Shown here: piece by piece, positions 1 to 13,549 of the stretch | Layout: each line of letters begins with the position of its first letter | Position numbering within the stretch: position 1 is the first letter of the stretch | Assembly: GCA_951406725.2 (NCBI GenBank) | Contig: OX597814.1 | Span: forward strand, 219,170,001 to 219,234,000 | DNA length: 64,000 bases | Direction: 5' to 3' | DNA from: Octopus vulgaris | Taxonomy: Eukaryota | Notes under the pieces: model-generated | The model's database searches: none | The model's input: only the letters and a program-made list of their open reading frames with translations | Told to the model about the DNA's origin: nothing | Translations under genes and position numbers: made by a program

Positions 1-307
1 GGCATCTGATGGCTCACAGACCACTACTTTGAGTAGCACCGGGTTAGATGATTCAACAAGATCTGATGGTTTGGAAGACCAATGTTTCAATTTTGGGTTG
101 ATTTCTATCAATGGATGCCTTTCCTGAAATCAACCACTTTACACAATGTACTGGGTGCATTTTGTTTCCTTTTTAATGTGCCACCAGCAAAACTAAAGAA
201 CCTTCTCAAGCTCATTGCCATTGTTCAATTCAATTTACCAACCACTTACAAAGTGTACTGGGTTGCATTTTTCATGGCAGCAATACTAAAGGGGTCACCT
301 TGTTGCT

Positions 308-724
308 CAGGAGTGGCTGTGTGGTAAGTAGCTTGCTAAACAACCACATGGCTCCGGGTTCAGTCCCACTGTGTGACATCTTGGGCAAGTGTCTTCTGCT
401 ATAGCCCCGGGCCAACCAATGCCTTGTGAGTGGATTTGGTAGACGGAAACTGAAAGAAGCCTGTCGTATATACGTATATATATATATATATATGTATGTA
501 TGTGTGTGTGTGTGTTTGTCTCCCTAGCATTGCTTGACAATCGATGCTGGTGTGTTTACGTCCCCGTCACTTAACGGTTCGGCAAAAGAGACCAATAGAA
601 TAAGTACTGGGCTTACAAAAAATAAGTCCTGGGGTCGATTTGCTCGACTAAAGGCGGTGCTCCAGCATGGCCGCAGTCAAATGACTGATAGAAGTAAAAA
701 GAGAAAGAAGAGAGAGTAAAGAGT
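308..724 (+). mobile_element. tRNA-derived SINE family A (representative; + copies also at ~8872-9261, 10840-11826 interrupted, 28118-28517, 37494-37896, 39113-39518, 59027-59432)
   Basis: Pol III A box (tggctgtgtggt) and B box (ggttcagtccc), internal (TA)n(TG)n, tail of gtaaaaga repeats. Confidence 0.88.
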
Positions 725-757
725 ATGATGGAAGAAACAGATTTATTATGAAAGGAT

Positions 758-1076
758 GGCTTCTGTGTCGGTGGCACGTAAAAAGCACCATCCGAATCGT
801 AGCCGAAGCCAGTGCCGCCTCGACTAGCTTCCATAAAATGCACCAATCCGACCGTGGCCGATGCCAGCCTCGCCTGGCACCAGTGCAGGTGGCACGTAAA
901 AAGCACCCACTACACTCACGGAGTGGTTGGCGTTAGGAAGGGCATCCAGCTGTAGAAACGTTGCCAGATAAGACCTTAGCCTGGTGCGGCCTTCTGGCTT
1001 CTCAGATCCCCGGTCGAACCGTCCAACCCATGCTAGCATGGAGAACGGACGTTAAACGATGATGATGATGATGATG
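758..1076 (+). mobile_element. RTE 3'-UTR-only copy (representative; further + copies at ~2065-2478, 5608-5875, 29390-29633, 46705-46771, 50295-50626)
   Basis: Matches 35100-35502: ggcacgtaaaaagcacc units...ccatgctagcatgg..ggacgttaaac(gat)n. Confidence 0.85.
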
Positions 1077-1478
1077 TTAAGGGGAAGATGATGGAGAAAA
1101 GAAAAGAATGATTGGGTGGTGGTCTGCTTCCCATTGTTGGATAGTTGGTTCTTATTGGGGTGACACAATTTTATTGTAGAAAATGAGCATTAAGAGAGAG
1201 ACCAACAGGTAGTGTAATAGTTGGGAAAGAGATGTAGTGTTAATGGGATTAGAGAGAGAGAGAGAGAGTAATAAAGATGGTTGGATGGGAGTGCAAATAG
1301 AAGATGCTGTGCTACCCCATATTGTATATGCTTAGGTAGGGTGTATGTATGAAAGAGAGATAAGGGGATGATGGAGGTAGTGGAAAGAGTGTTTTTATTA
1401 TGAGTGGTATGGCACTATGAGTAGAAAAGATGATGGTAAGATGAAAGGGCATAGAAAAGGTGTGATGGGATGGAGAAT

Positions 1479-1761
1479 CATCATCATCGTTTAACGTCCG
1501 TTTTCCGCACTAGCACGGGTTGGACGGTTCGACCGGGGTCTGGGAAGCCAGGGCTGCACCAGGCTCCAGTCTGATCTGGCAGTGTTTCTACAGCTGGATG
1601 CCCTTCCTAACGCCAACCACTCCGCGAGTGTAGTGGGTGCTTTTTACGTGCCACCTGCACAGGTGCCAGGAGAGGCTTGCAGCGGCCACAATTGGTTGGT
1701 GCTTTTAACGTGCCACTGGCACAGAAGCCAGTCAAGGTGGCGCTGGCATCGTCCACATTTG
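1479..1761 (-). mobile_element. RTE 3'-UTR-only copy with 15-bp TSD (representative; further - copies at ~3294-3795, 7809-8205, 17319-17469, 38381-38723, 43107-43433, 44798-45143, 45213-45620, 49818-49980)
   Basis: (CAT)n-cgtttaacgtcc start; TSD gatgggatggagaat at 1464-1478 and 1762-1776. Confidence 0.88.
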
Positions 1762-2659
1762 GATGGGATGGAGAATGATATATACAAACAATATTAAACA
1801 AAATTACAATCATAATATACAATTTTAGAGCATAAAAAAATAGCTGTGATGTCTGCTGATAGGAGGTTTTTCTGAATTGGAGAGATATTGAACACCCTAC
1901 GACTCAATGGTTTATATGTTTCTTTGGTCTGTAGGAGCTGTATGTTTTGCTTAAACCCAACTAAACACTGACAGAGCGGACCTCAATCAAAGGTGTTTTA
2001 GCTGTGCACATTGTGGTTTTTTTCTTTGGTTTTTTTTTGTCATTGTCTGATTTAACCAAAATTGAAGTCGATCAACATCAATGGAAATTGCAGCTGTGAT
2101 ACCAGTGCCGGTGACAAGTAAGCGAACCATCCGATTGTGGCCGTTGCCAGCGCCGCCCCGACTGGCCTCCGTGCCGGTGGCACATAAAAAGCACCATCCG
2201 TTCGTGGCCGTTGCCAGCCTCGCCTGGCTCCCATGCCGGTGGCACGTAAAAAGCACCATCCGATCGTGGCCGTTTGCCAGCCCTGTCTGGCACCTGTGCG
2301 GGTGGCACGTAAAAAGCACCCACTACACTCACGGAGTGGGTGGCGTTAGGAAGGGCATCCAGCCGTAGAAACATTGCCAGATCTGACTGGAGCCTGGTAC
2401 AGCCTCCTGACTTCCCAGATCCCGGTCGAACCGTCCAACCCATGCTAGCATGGAAAGCGGACGCTAAATGATGATGATGAATGACTGTGATTTGATGGTG
2501 ATCTAGTGACTGCTTAGTGGCTCTCATGTTGGTGTAACCAAGAACTGGTTAGTTTAGTGGTCCTTGTTATTTTTCTGTTCTGGAATTTTTGTTTAGTCAG
2601 CATATGCAGAAGTAGCCATTATGTTGGTATGGACATGTGATGAAAATCGATAGTGAGTG

Positions 2660-3258
2660 ATAGGTTAAAAAGTGTTTGGAGTGATCACCATTGATGGCAA
2701 TGTTATGCCTCCATTCATCTTCCCACATGGCCTCAGACTCAACATGGAGGCCTACATCAAGTGTCTGGAGGGGGTAGTGCTGCCCTGGGTAAAGAGAGTG
2801 GCTGCTGGAAGACCCTATGTCTGGCAACAGGACTCTGCACCATGTCATACAAGCAGGAGAACCCAGTCATGGCTGTCAGACAATTTCTGCGACCACATCA
2901 TCCCCTAACATCTGGCCACCTAACTCCCCAGACTGCAACCCCCTTGATTATTATGTGTGGGGCACAGTTGAGCGAGAGACCAACAAAACTCCTTTTTACA
3001 CCAGACATGAACTGAAAGCAAAGATTATGGCAGCATTCACCAACTTAAATAAATAGACCATCCAGAAGAGCTGTGGGAGATTGCAAAGTTGTCTGGAGGC
3101 CATGGTTGAAGCCAATGGCGATATTATTGAGTAAGTTTGCTCTTTAGTATTTCAAGATGGTTTTATGTAATTTTGGTGAATATATCTGTTAAAATGAGTT
3201 GTCAGTGTCATTTTCATTTTTGCATAATTTAGATGACAATTTATTCACTGCACCCTGT
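2660..3258 (+). mobile_element. Tc1/mariner-superfamily transposase 3' fragment with right TIR
   Basis: WQQDSAPCH and WPPNSPDCNPLDYYVWG (frameshifted); ends ...gcaccctg followed by TA. Confidence 0.85.
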
Positions 3259-3798
3259 ATATACATCTACACATACATAGACACATGTACTCTTCATCAT
3301 CATCATCATCATCATCGTTTAACGTCCACTTTCCATGCTAGCATGGGTTGGACGGTTCTACTGGGGTCTGGGAAGCCAGAAGGCTTCATCAGGCCCAGTC
3401 AAATCTGGCAGTGTTTCTACGGCTGGATACCCTTCCTAACGCCAACCACTCCGTGAGTGTAGTGGGTGCTTTTTACGTGCCACCTGCACAGGTGCCAGAC
3501 AGAGCTGGCAAACGGCCACGAACGGATGGTGCTTTTTATGTGCCACCGGCACGAGGGCCAGGCGAGGCTGGCAACGGACACGAAACGGGGCGGTGCTGGC
3601 AACTGTCGCAAAACGGAAAGTTCTCTTACATGCCACCGGCACTGGTAACACATCTGCAATTTCCATTGATCGATTTCCATTGATCGATTTCGATTCTGAT
3701 CCTCACTTGCCTCAACGGGTCTTCACAAGCAGAGTTTTGACATGCCACCGGCACTGGTAACACATCTGCAATTTCCATTGATTGATTTCCATTCTGAA

Positions 3799-3843
<45 letters not shown>

Positions 3844-4024
3844 TATACAATTGCAGTATGGAAGATGTTTGTAAGTCATTTAAGAACATGCAAAAACTGT
3901 TAGTTTCACTTCAACATTTAAATTTAATTTCTCAAAATATTTTCATTGCTTTGAAACCATGACCTGTTCACTGACAAAACCTTGTGCTGCATCTGAGAAA
4001 GTAGCAGTTATTTCATGATATATT

Positions 4025-4058
<34 letters not shown>

Positions 4059-4071
4059 AATGAATGAATGA

Positions 4072-4425
4072 TTTAAGGACTGTGTCAAGTCCTCATTAAA
4101 GGCCTGTGATATGCAGGACACTGACTGGGAGAACAATGCCTGTCATCGCCACAGATGGAGGAGGCAGGTTAAGGGGGGAATCGACACTTTTGAGAGAGCA
4201 TGTATCCAGCATGAAGAACTTAAGTGAGCTGCGTGAAAGCGCACGGCTCGTATAGTGAATGGGGAAAGCTTGGTCTGCAATGTTTGCAGTCGTGTATGCT
4301 TGTCAAGAGCAGGGCTCATTAGCCACCAACGGAGCCACAAATGCAAAATATAAGTTAGTCCTAGAGCGCACAATGTTCCTGAAGGTCGGCAATGGTCTTC
4401 CTCGGTCACGAGTGGACGGCCATCA
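4072..4425 (+). mobile_element. 3' end of a second RTE-type (BovB-like) LINE with terminal C2H2 zinc finger
   Basis: Translates FKDCVKSSLKACDM..WENNA..R.RWRRQVK..CNVCSRVCLSRAGLISHQRSH with two in-frame TGA stops. Flanked by microsatellites. Confidence 0.7.
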
Positions 4426-5840
4426 TGTATGCATGCATGTATGTATGTATGTATGTATGTATGTACGTACGTATGTATGTACGTATGTATGTATGTACGT
4501 ATGTATGTACGTATGTACGGACGGACGGACGGATGGATGTACATGCGTATGCATACATATACGCATGTACGTTTTTATGTATGTATTTACTATATGTGTG
4601 TAGATGTGTCTGCATATATATATACACACACACACACACACACGAGTGAGTGGACAAACAAAAGAAGGGCACTCAACAAATTTATTGGGAGTTATATATT
4701 CTGATCTTTATATATATAATGAATTATTCATTGTTCACTGAATTAGTTGATGAGACATTTGCAAATCAATGGATTATGGTGGCATACACTTGAACAACAT
4801 ATATGTTATTCTTTATGTGTTCTTAGTCAAATAGCCAAAGTGTTCTTAGTCAAAGTAAGTAGTTATATATCACACAGCCTTCTCTTTGACATATCCAATA
4901 AAAGGGCACTCATGGGTCAGGAGAAGTTTGATTTTTGAGTGTTTCTTCTTCAAGGAGTTTTACGGCATGTCTGTGGCACCTCGTGCAAGTGTCTTCTACT
5001 ATGTAGCCCCAGTCCAACCAATTCCTTATGAGTAGAATTGGTTGACAGAAACTGTATAGAAAAACTCTAACAATTCTCTGGTCAGTCTGAGGCTAAAGTA
5101 GAAGACACATGCTCAAGGTGCCATGCAATGGGACTGAATGGAGAACCATGCAGCCACATGTGTGTGTGTATGTGCATGCACACCCACACACGCATGCACA
5201 CCCACACACGCATGCACACACAATGGGCTTCTTTCAATTTCCATCTATTAGTGGTTGGCATTTGGAAGGACATCTAGCTGTAAAGAAACCTTGCCAAAAC
5301 TGATCTTCTCTGTGCTTGTGCCACATAAAAAGCACTAAGTTGTGTGGTTGGTGTTAGGAAGGGGATCCAGCTGTAAAAATCCTGCCAAAACAGACACAGA
5401 GGTCTGGTGCAGGCTTTTGCATAGCTGGATCCTGTCAAACCATCCTATCCATGCCAGCATAGAAGGTGGACGTTAAATGACGATGATGATGATGATAATG
5501 AAATCCACTTACAAGGCTTTGGTCAGCCTGGGTCTGTAGTATGGGCCTGTAGGATGAATTCAACATTCTGATCATATCTGATTGTTGAGAATGCATCTTT
5601 CTCTAAGCCGTGGCACGTAAAAAGCACCATCCGTCCGTGGTCGTTTGCCAGCCCCGTCTGGCACCTGTGCGGATGGCACGTAAAAAACACCCACTACACT
5701 CACGGAGTGGTTGGCGTTAGGAAGGGCATCCAGCCGTAGAAACACTGCCAGATCAGACTGGAGCCTGGTGCAGCCTTCTGGCTTCCCAGACCCCAGTAGA
5801 ACCGTCCAACCCATGCTAGCATGGAAAGCGGACGCTAAAC

Positions 5841-5875
<35 letters not shown>

Positions 5876-8800
5876 GGATGATGAATGATAGATAAATCTA
5901 TTGGCATTAACCTACTTATTAAGACAATGACTGATATTAAGCCTGCTTTGCATATTTCATTTAAAAACTAAAATGTTTCGATGATGACCTGGATTTGTTG
6001 TATTCTTGCCAAAAATTATGATTAAAACTGTTGAGAGGGAGGGAAAAAAGAATGCAAATGCATTATAGTTATTAGTTTCACTCTTTACTCTTTACTCTTT
6101 ACTCTTTTTGTGTTCAGTTAAGTAAATACCAATCTTATCAGTTGTGTTAAAGCTGCAAGCTGGAAGAATTGTTAGCACACTGGGCAAAATGCTTGGCACC
6201 ATTTCCTCTGTCTTCATGTTCTGAGTCCAAAAGTCCCAAGGGCTGGCTTTGCCTTTTGTCTCCTTTTGAATACCATTTGAACAAGGGGTGGATCAATTTA
6301 ACCAACTTACGCCCTCCTTCAAACCTGCTGGTATTGTGGAAAACATGAAATCGGTATTATCATCTGTGTCTTTTGGTGATGGTCACATAGATTAGGTAGG
6401 TAGGTAAGTAACCGCTCTGGATAAGTTTGGTCTTTGTTACAGAAGTGGAATGCAATCTAATATTGGTTGAGCAGCTTGCTGGTTGGATTGGTTTCTGGAA
6501 AGTTGACTGGAGGTACAGCCAGGGCTGGTGCCTACACGAGGCAGATTAGGCAATTGCCTAATGGTAAAAATCTAGTGGCACCATTCAAATTCCAAACAAC
6601 ATACACAGAGAGGGGTAGGGGTAGGGTAGGAGATGAGAGCGTCATGTGGAAGAATGGACATATCTCTACAAATGTTGGCAGCTGATAGATTTATTTGGTG
6701 ACATAAATCATAACTTTTTGACATTTTTCAACTGGAGTAAAAGGAGTGATGACTGGAGAAAATAAATTGGAGAAGAGGGTAAACATTTTATCTGGGAGAA
6801 AGAACTGTACATTGTAGGAATGGAATGTGGAGAGGGTCACACAGAGTAGGAGTGGCAGAAGGAACTGCCTAGGGCTAGATCTTTGAAAATACATTGTAGG
6901 AATGAAAGAACAGGGCCTACATTGTACAGTTGGGAGAAAACAGTGCTCACTGTAGGGCTGAGAAAAGGAGACACACATTGTAGGGCTGGCCTAGGGTCAC
7001 CAAATACTTTGGCACCACCTGTGGGAGCATCTTGGATAGAAAGATGGGCTGTCTGTAACAGTATGTTTTTCTTTCAATAAACAAAATCTTCAAGAGGTGA
7101 GCCAGGCTAATGATTCCCTCCAAGTTATAGGATTTCATGCCAGCAGCATTGGTGAAATAAGAAAAGAAAGTCACTTGTTGGAACCTGTTTTCTGAAAGAA
7201 GAGAGCAAAAGAATTTCAAATGCTAACACAAATTCTATTCTTTATTCTTTATTCTTTTACTTGTTTCAGTCATTTGACTGCGGCCATGCTGGAGCACCGC
7301 CATTAATCGAGCAAATCGACCCCGGGACTTATTATTTTGTAAGCCCAGTACTTATTCTGTCGGTCTCTTTTGCCGAACCGCTAAGTAACTGGGACATAAA
7401 CACACCAGCATCGGTTGTCAAGCAATACTAGGGGGACAAACACAAACACACACACGCATACATATATATACATATATATACGACGGGCTTCTTTCAGTTT
7501 CCGTCTACCAAATCCACTCACAAGGCTTTGGTCGGCCCGAGGCTATAGCAGAAACACTTGCCCAAGATGCCACGCAGTGGGACTGAACCTGGAACCATAT
7601 GGTTGGTAATCAAGCTACTTACCACACAGCCACTTCTGTGCCTATATTTCTATTAGCATCAAAAAGGTTTCAGCTACTCGTTAAAAAAGAACAGAAAGAA
7701 GTTTTGGTGGTGAATTATATTTATTAAAGTTAAAATAAAATATTTTGGCTGTTGAAAATAAAAAATTGCAATAAATTTATAAAATACAACAGAAGAGAAT
7801 TAGCTGCAATCATCATCATCATCGTTTAACGTCCGTTCTCCATGCTAGCATGGGTTGGACGGTTCGACCGGGGATCTGGGAAGCCAGAAGGCTGCACCAG
7901 GCTCCAGTCTTATCTGGCAACATTTCTACAGCTGGATGCCCTTCTTAACGCCAACCACTCCGTGAGTGTAGTGGGTGCTTTTTACGTGCCACCTGCATTG
8001 GTGCCAGGCGAGGCTGGCATCGGCCACGGTCGGATTGGTGCATTTTATGGAAGCCAGTGGAGGCGGCACTGGCTTCGACTACGATTCGGATGGTGCTTTT
8101 TACGTGCCACCGACACGGAAGCCAGTCGAGGCGGCGCTGGCATCGGCCAGAATTCGGATGGTGCATTTTATGGAAGCCAGTCGAGGCGGCACTGGCTTCG
8201 GCTAGAGTGAAATTAGGCGTTCATATCTGGTTGCTAAAAATAATTGTAACAAAATGTATGGTATGATAAGAACTGTTAAATGAGAATTGGGTAACTGAAC
8301 ACCATTAAGTTGGTGGCTAGTAGTAAGGTATAAGCTGACCAGAGATAAGGTTGTTGTAAAATGTATAATACATTCAAAAGACTTGTGACTGACAACTTGC
8401 AAATTGTGGAGATAGGTAGGCAGACAGGACTAACATGAAAGTAAAAACTAGACAGAAAAGTAAAGACAGCAAATGTTGGCATTGATATCTTAGTGATAAA
8501 GTTGAAATAATCATTATGTTCATGTTTAACCGGTGTATTAGCAGCCTTTATTACCTGAAATAAAGGTAATAATTTTGTTTGTTATCATTGATTTCTTCAA
8601 TTTTAAAATCCAGGATAGTTAAGTATCATCATCATCTCTTACTCTTACTCTTTACTCTTTTACTTGTTTCAGTCATTTTGACTGCGGCCATGCTGGAGCA
8701 CCGCCTTTTTTAATCGAGCAACTCGACCCCCGGGACTTATTCTTTAGTAAGTCCAGTACTTATTCTATCGGTCTCTTTTGCTGAACCGCTAAGTAACGGG

Positions 8801-10093
8801 GACATAAACACACCAGCATCGGTTGTCAAACAATGCTAGGGGGACAAACACAGACACACAAACACACCCACGCTGGCTGTGTGGTAAGTAGCTTGCTAAC
8901 CAACCACATGGTTCCGGGTTCAATCCCACTGCGTGGCATCTTGGGCAAGTGTCTTCTGCTATAGCCCCGGGCCGACCAATGCCTTGTGAGTGGATTTGCT
9001 AGACGGAAACTGAAAGAAGCCTGTCGTATATATGTGTATATATATATGTATGTGTGTGTGTTTGTATGTCTGTGTTTGTCCCCCTAGCATTGCTTGACAA
9101 CCGATGCTGGTGTGTTTACGTCCCCGTCACTTAGCAGTTCGGCAAAAGAGACCGATAGAATAAGTACTGGGCTTACAAAGAAAGTCCCAGGGTCGATTTG
9201 CTCGACTAAAGGTGGTGCTCCAGCATGGCCGCAGTCAAATGACTGAAACAAGTAAAAGAGTATATATACGACGGGCTTCTTCCATTGGTTGGCCCAGGGC
9301 TATAGCAGAAGACACTTGCCCAAGATGCCACGCAGTGGGACTGAACCCGGAACCGTGTGGTTGGTTAGCAAGCTACTTACCACACAGCCACTCCTGCACC
9401 TATAAATAAATCTGTCTATTTATCTAGTAATGTATCAATATTTCTATCTATATCTCTCTGTATATCTGTCTCTCTATCTGACTATCTGTACTTTTATATA
9501 TTTTTATGTCAGGCAATAAGCAACTAAAAATATTTTAAAATAAATAAATAAATTGAAGTGAAAACTTATTCCTTTGTTACTATGGAATAATAGTTAAACC
9601 GATGCATCTGCATGGCCTGAATACACGATTTGGTTTCAGTTCCTTGTTAAAACAATTTCACACCACTCGTAGTATTTCGAATGCTCTTCAGAAAAGCTTC
9701 AACACTCTAGCATCCATTATGTTGCTCTCAATAAATTTGAGAGGCTAAATAACTAATGTAACCATTGAGTCAAAGTAAGCTGTTAGCAAGTTGTCTACAA
9801 CCTAGTTTAACTTACCAGCTGTAGTTATTTTACATGATACTAATGCCATTGAGAAAGACATAAATGGCAAACATTTTCATATCTCTCTTTTTAATTTTTA
9901 AACAAAGGCCTATTTATATATAAAAAAAAATCAATATTTCGTGTTATTTCTAAAACTTCTGGTCACAAAGTATATACATACATACATACATACACTGTAT
10001 GCATTTGATTTAGCTTTTCTCAAGATTTTTACTCTTGGGGAAACTTGTGAAATACATTTCATACTACAGGAACCCCTACATAAAACTCATACA

Positions 10094-10485
10094 TATTTAT
10101 ATATAAAAGTGAGGTTGTGTGTCTGTCTCCTACGATTTAGATTCCTAACTACTCCCACATTTTGCGGTGCAGTGTAACCAAAACCGGGTATCTTATAGTC
10201 GTGATTCATATCGAGCCCTTCTGGGTATTAGCGCACGTCTACGATGAGTCTACGATTTTAAAAAAATTTACCATCATTTTTTCCCATTTTTAATGCATTT
10301 TTTTGCTATTATATAAGGGAAGTAATTCTCTAAAAATGTATTATTAAATCTCAGAACGTAAAAAGCTACAGTAACCCCCTCTTTGTGGTTAGCCATATTG
10401 AGATGGGTATTATACTTTACATCTCTAAAAATGCTTATATAGTTATTTCCCTTACAAACCGAGCAACGCCGGGCGATACTACTAG
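10094..10485 (+). mobile_element. Non-autonomous Helitron, family 1
   Basis: Ends in the ccgagcaacgccggg hairpin plus CTAG|T; body shared with 30601 and 55340. Confidence 0.75.
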
Positions 10486-10727
10486 TATTTAATAATCTTT
10501 CCTTTCTTTTTCATAGAATTTAATTTCCTAAAAGATTGAAATATAAAACTGTCTATGAAAGGTTTAGGGAATTTCATCTAAGCAAACTACTTTATTCCGA
10601 CTTCCCCTATAATTCTCCATTAAGAGGTCATTTTCCCTGTAGGATCACCTTACTATATATGTACACTAGGGTTTCTCTTTAGGGAACATGCCATATGTTT
10701 CTTATTAAAATTACAAATATAGTATAT

Positions 10728-10834
10728 GTACTTGCTCCGGCAGTACATATGTTAAAATTGGAATGATACAGAGAAGATTAGCTTGGCCCCTGGGCATGGG
10801 CGACATCCAAATTCATGAAGTGTTCCATATTTTT
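10728..10834 (+). pseudogene. U6 snRNA pseudogene (full length, diverged)
   Basis: gtacttgctccggcagtacatatgttaaaattggaatgatACAGAGAagattagcttggcccctg...caaattcatgaagtgttccatatttt aligns end to end with U6. The ACAGAGA box is kept, but there are many substitutions, including CpG to TpG/CpA. Confidence 0.9.
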
Positions 10835-11025
10835 CTATAGGTGCAGGCATGGCAGTGTGGTAAGAAGCTTGCTTTTCAACCACATGGTTCTGGGTTCAGT
10901 CCCATTGTGTGGCACCTTGGGCAAGTATCTTCTGCTATAGCTTTGGGGCTACTGAAGCCTTGTGAGTGGATAAGGTTGATGGAAACTGAAAGAAGCCTGT
11001 CAAATATATATATATATATATATAC

Positions 11026-11596
11026 ATTCAAAAATGAGGGTGAAAAAATTAGATATTTATTTAATAATACCCCTATTTTAACACCAAGCGACCTAGCACC
11101 ATAAATCAGGGAGACAATACATATTTATCCGTAAATATAAGAGAGTTAACGTTACATAGGTTAACTCTAGTGCTAGAAATAGCTCCTCCAGTATAATTGC
11201 CAACGATACCTCCACATAGAAATAGCACTACTCTCAACGTAAGGAAAGTGAAATACAACTAAAAAGTGGATTAATGTTGTACAATTGTTTCTTTATCAAC
11301 ATAATATGCAAATTATACTCACATATTCGTCTATAAATCTTCAGCAACATTTGTCATCGATGCAATTTATCAGACACACACAGGCGACGATTACCCATGC
11401 GGTCTGATTGATTACATTCAGGGTTGTAGTTACAAATTCCCCACCGAAAGCAAATGCTAAGACTTAGGGGAAGCGAATACCGCATGTAATATTTACTGCA
11501 GCGTATCAAATTCATAAATTCAAAAATGAGGGTGAAAAAATTAGATATTAATTTAATAATACCCCTATTTTAACACCAAGCGACCTAGCACCATAA
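11026..11596 (-). mobile_element. ORF-less hammerhead-bearing element with ~78-bp direct terminal repeats (Penelope/retrozyme-like), inserted in the TA tract of a SINE
   Basis: attcaaaaatgagggtg...cctagcaccataa occurs at 11026 and 11518. (TA)n on both sides; SINE halves lie at 10840-11000 and 11605-11826. Confidence 0.7.
11273..11351 (-). ncRNA. Type I hammerhead ribozyme motif, intact core
   Basis: Minus strand reads aatgttg-CTGAAGA-(stem II tttat...ataaa)-GAAA-caattg-TA-caacatt. Stem I is 7 bp perfect; stem III is palindromic. Confidence 0.8.
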
Positions 11597-12202
11597 TATA
11601 TATATAGGTGTGTGTGTGTGTCTGTGTTTGTACTTCCACCACCGCTTGGCAGCTTGTGCTGGTGTGTTTATATCCCCGTAACTTAGTAGTTTGGCCAAAG
11701 AGATCAATAAAATAAGTACCTAGCTTTAAAAAAAGATACTGGGGTTGATTTATTCAACTAAAAATTCTCCAAGGTGGTGCCCCAGCATGGCCATACTCTA
11801 ATGACTGAAACAAGTAAAAGATAAAAGCTAAGTTAAACTCACACAAAAGTGACTGGAAAATGCATTTGCATGTAATTCTTGGAACCCTTGGGCTGCGTAT
11901 CCCCATCCTCCTCAGAAAACCTACTCACAAAATGTATACATGCATGGTAAGGTATATAACAGAAATATAGTGGACCAACAACAATCTATTATTGTAAACT
12001 CAGATAAAAATGACTGCCAAAGCCAATCCCTCTGAAATTTTAATAAAGTACCAGATTAGATAAATTCAATAGTGTATAAAGGATTGTGGGTCAGGCCAAA
12101 ACAATGCAAAGTAAATCACAAGAAAACAAATATATGAATTAATGTAGACTTACCTTGTATTCAATATTTTGGGGTTATGACCCCATTTTCAAATATTTTT
12201 AA

Positions 12203-12423
12203 CCCTTTTATTACCAACCCTGCCAAAACCGGCTCTGGCTCTGTAGTATTAATGTCTTGCTTTCATAGGTTTTTCATTAAAATCTTCCACCAAACCTTAG
12301 TCGCAATTTATGTTCCTAACACTAGCTTAATGGTAACTAAGTTATTTTACTAAATTCCTTATTATATTTAAAATAATTGAAAGAAACACAGAGCATCTCA
12401 AAATAAATACAGTAACGAAAGGG
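12203..12423. mobile_element. piggyBac-type MITE
   Basis: TTAA|ccctttt..attac ... gtaacgaaaggg|TTAA. Confidence 0.7.
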
Positions 12424-13502
12424 TTAATAGTTAGTGTTAATATATTTAATGCAGAAAGCATTTAAAAGTTAACTAGAAATAATTATCTGATGGGGTAAAA
12501 ATATTAGTTAATTATCTGACTAACTTCAATTAGTACTACACCAGTGAGCTGGCAGAATTGTTACTATGTCTGATAAGATGTTTATTACTGTTTCTTTTGG
12601 CTCTTCACATACTGAGTTCAAATTCTGCCATGACTCCTTTGCCTTTCATTCTTTTGGGGTCAATAGAATGTGTTCCAGTTGAGCCCTGTGGTCAATGCAA
12701 TTGACTAACATCCTTCCTCTGACATTGTCAAAATCTGAAATTGTTATTCTAATTAGTACAAATGTCCAAATGTCTTTTCGTTTTTGGATTTTGTTTGCAA
12801 GATTCTTTATATGAGTTCGTGTGTTGAAGCATATTCTGTTGTGTCTGGGGAGGGTCATTATCCTTTAGTACCTTATTATTTAACACACTCACCGGTAAAA
12901 TTTCCACTTATTTCTTTTTTTTTTTTGGTGGGGGGAGCATCTATATGGTCATTCATTTTGCTAGTAATAGCAGCTAAAATCTCTTGAGTGACATTGAGCC
13001 ATCATCAAACAGGAAGGACACATTGAACAATATAGTCTTAAGTATACAAAAAGGCAAGATTGTCATTCAGGATGGATTGCTCTTTATCATAAAGTCAGCT
13101 TGATCAAGGTTAATTGGGATTCAATGACAATAATTCTACTTTTAGTTTAAGAAGTATGTAGACTAAGTGATTGTTTATTCTAATTCAAGCACCAAGAAGC
13201 AAAGAGTGAACCTCTAAGTGGTTGCCTGACCTACTAGAAATAGCAACTGAATCTCATTTAAGTTATTCTTTATCCTTCACCTTTACTTGTTTCAGTCATT
13301 AGACTGTGGTCATGCTGGGGCACTGACTTGAAGAATTTTTAGTTGAATGAATCAAGCCCAGTACTTGTTTTTCTTTTGAGCCTGAAACTTATTCTGTCAG
13401 TCTCTTTTGCCAAACCACTAAGTTTCAGGGATGTAAACACACCGACATCAGTTGTCAAGCGATGGCAGGGGACAAACACAGATGCACACACACACACAAA
13501 TG

Positions 13503-13549
<47 letters not shown>

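Noticed and set aside
308-380. tRNA-like sequences with A and B boxes (also at 32299 and 22540-22605)
   Set aside because: They are SINE heads continuing into SINE bodies; no complete cloverleaf was found.
824-1039. Recurrent ORFs such as MLAWVGRF..LDALPNANHS and MSSNARG..CPRCHAVGLNPEPCGW
   Set aside because: They are chance translations of the RTE 3' UTR and SINE A copies, not a host gene family.
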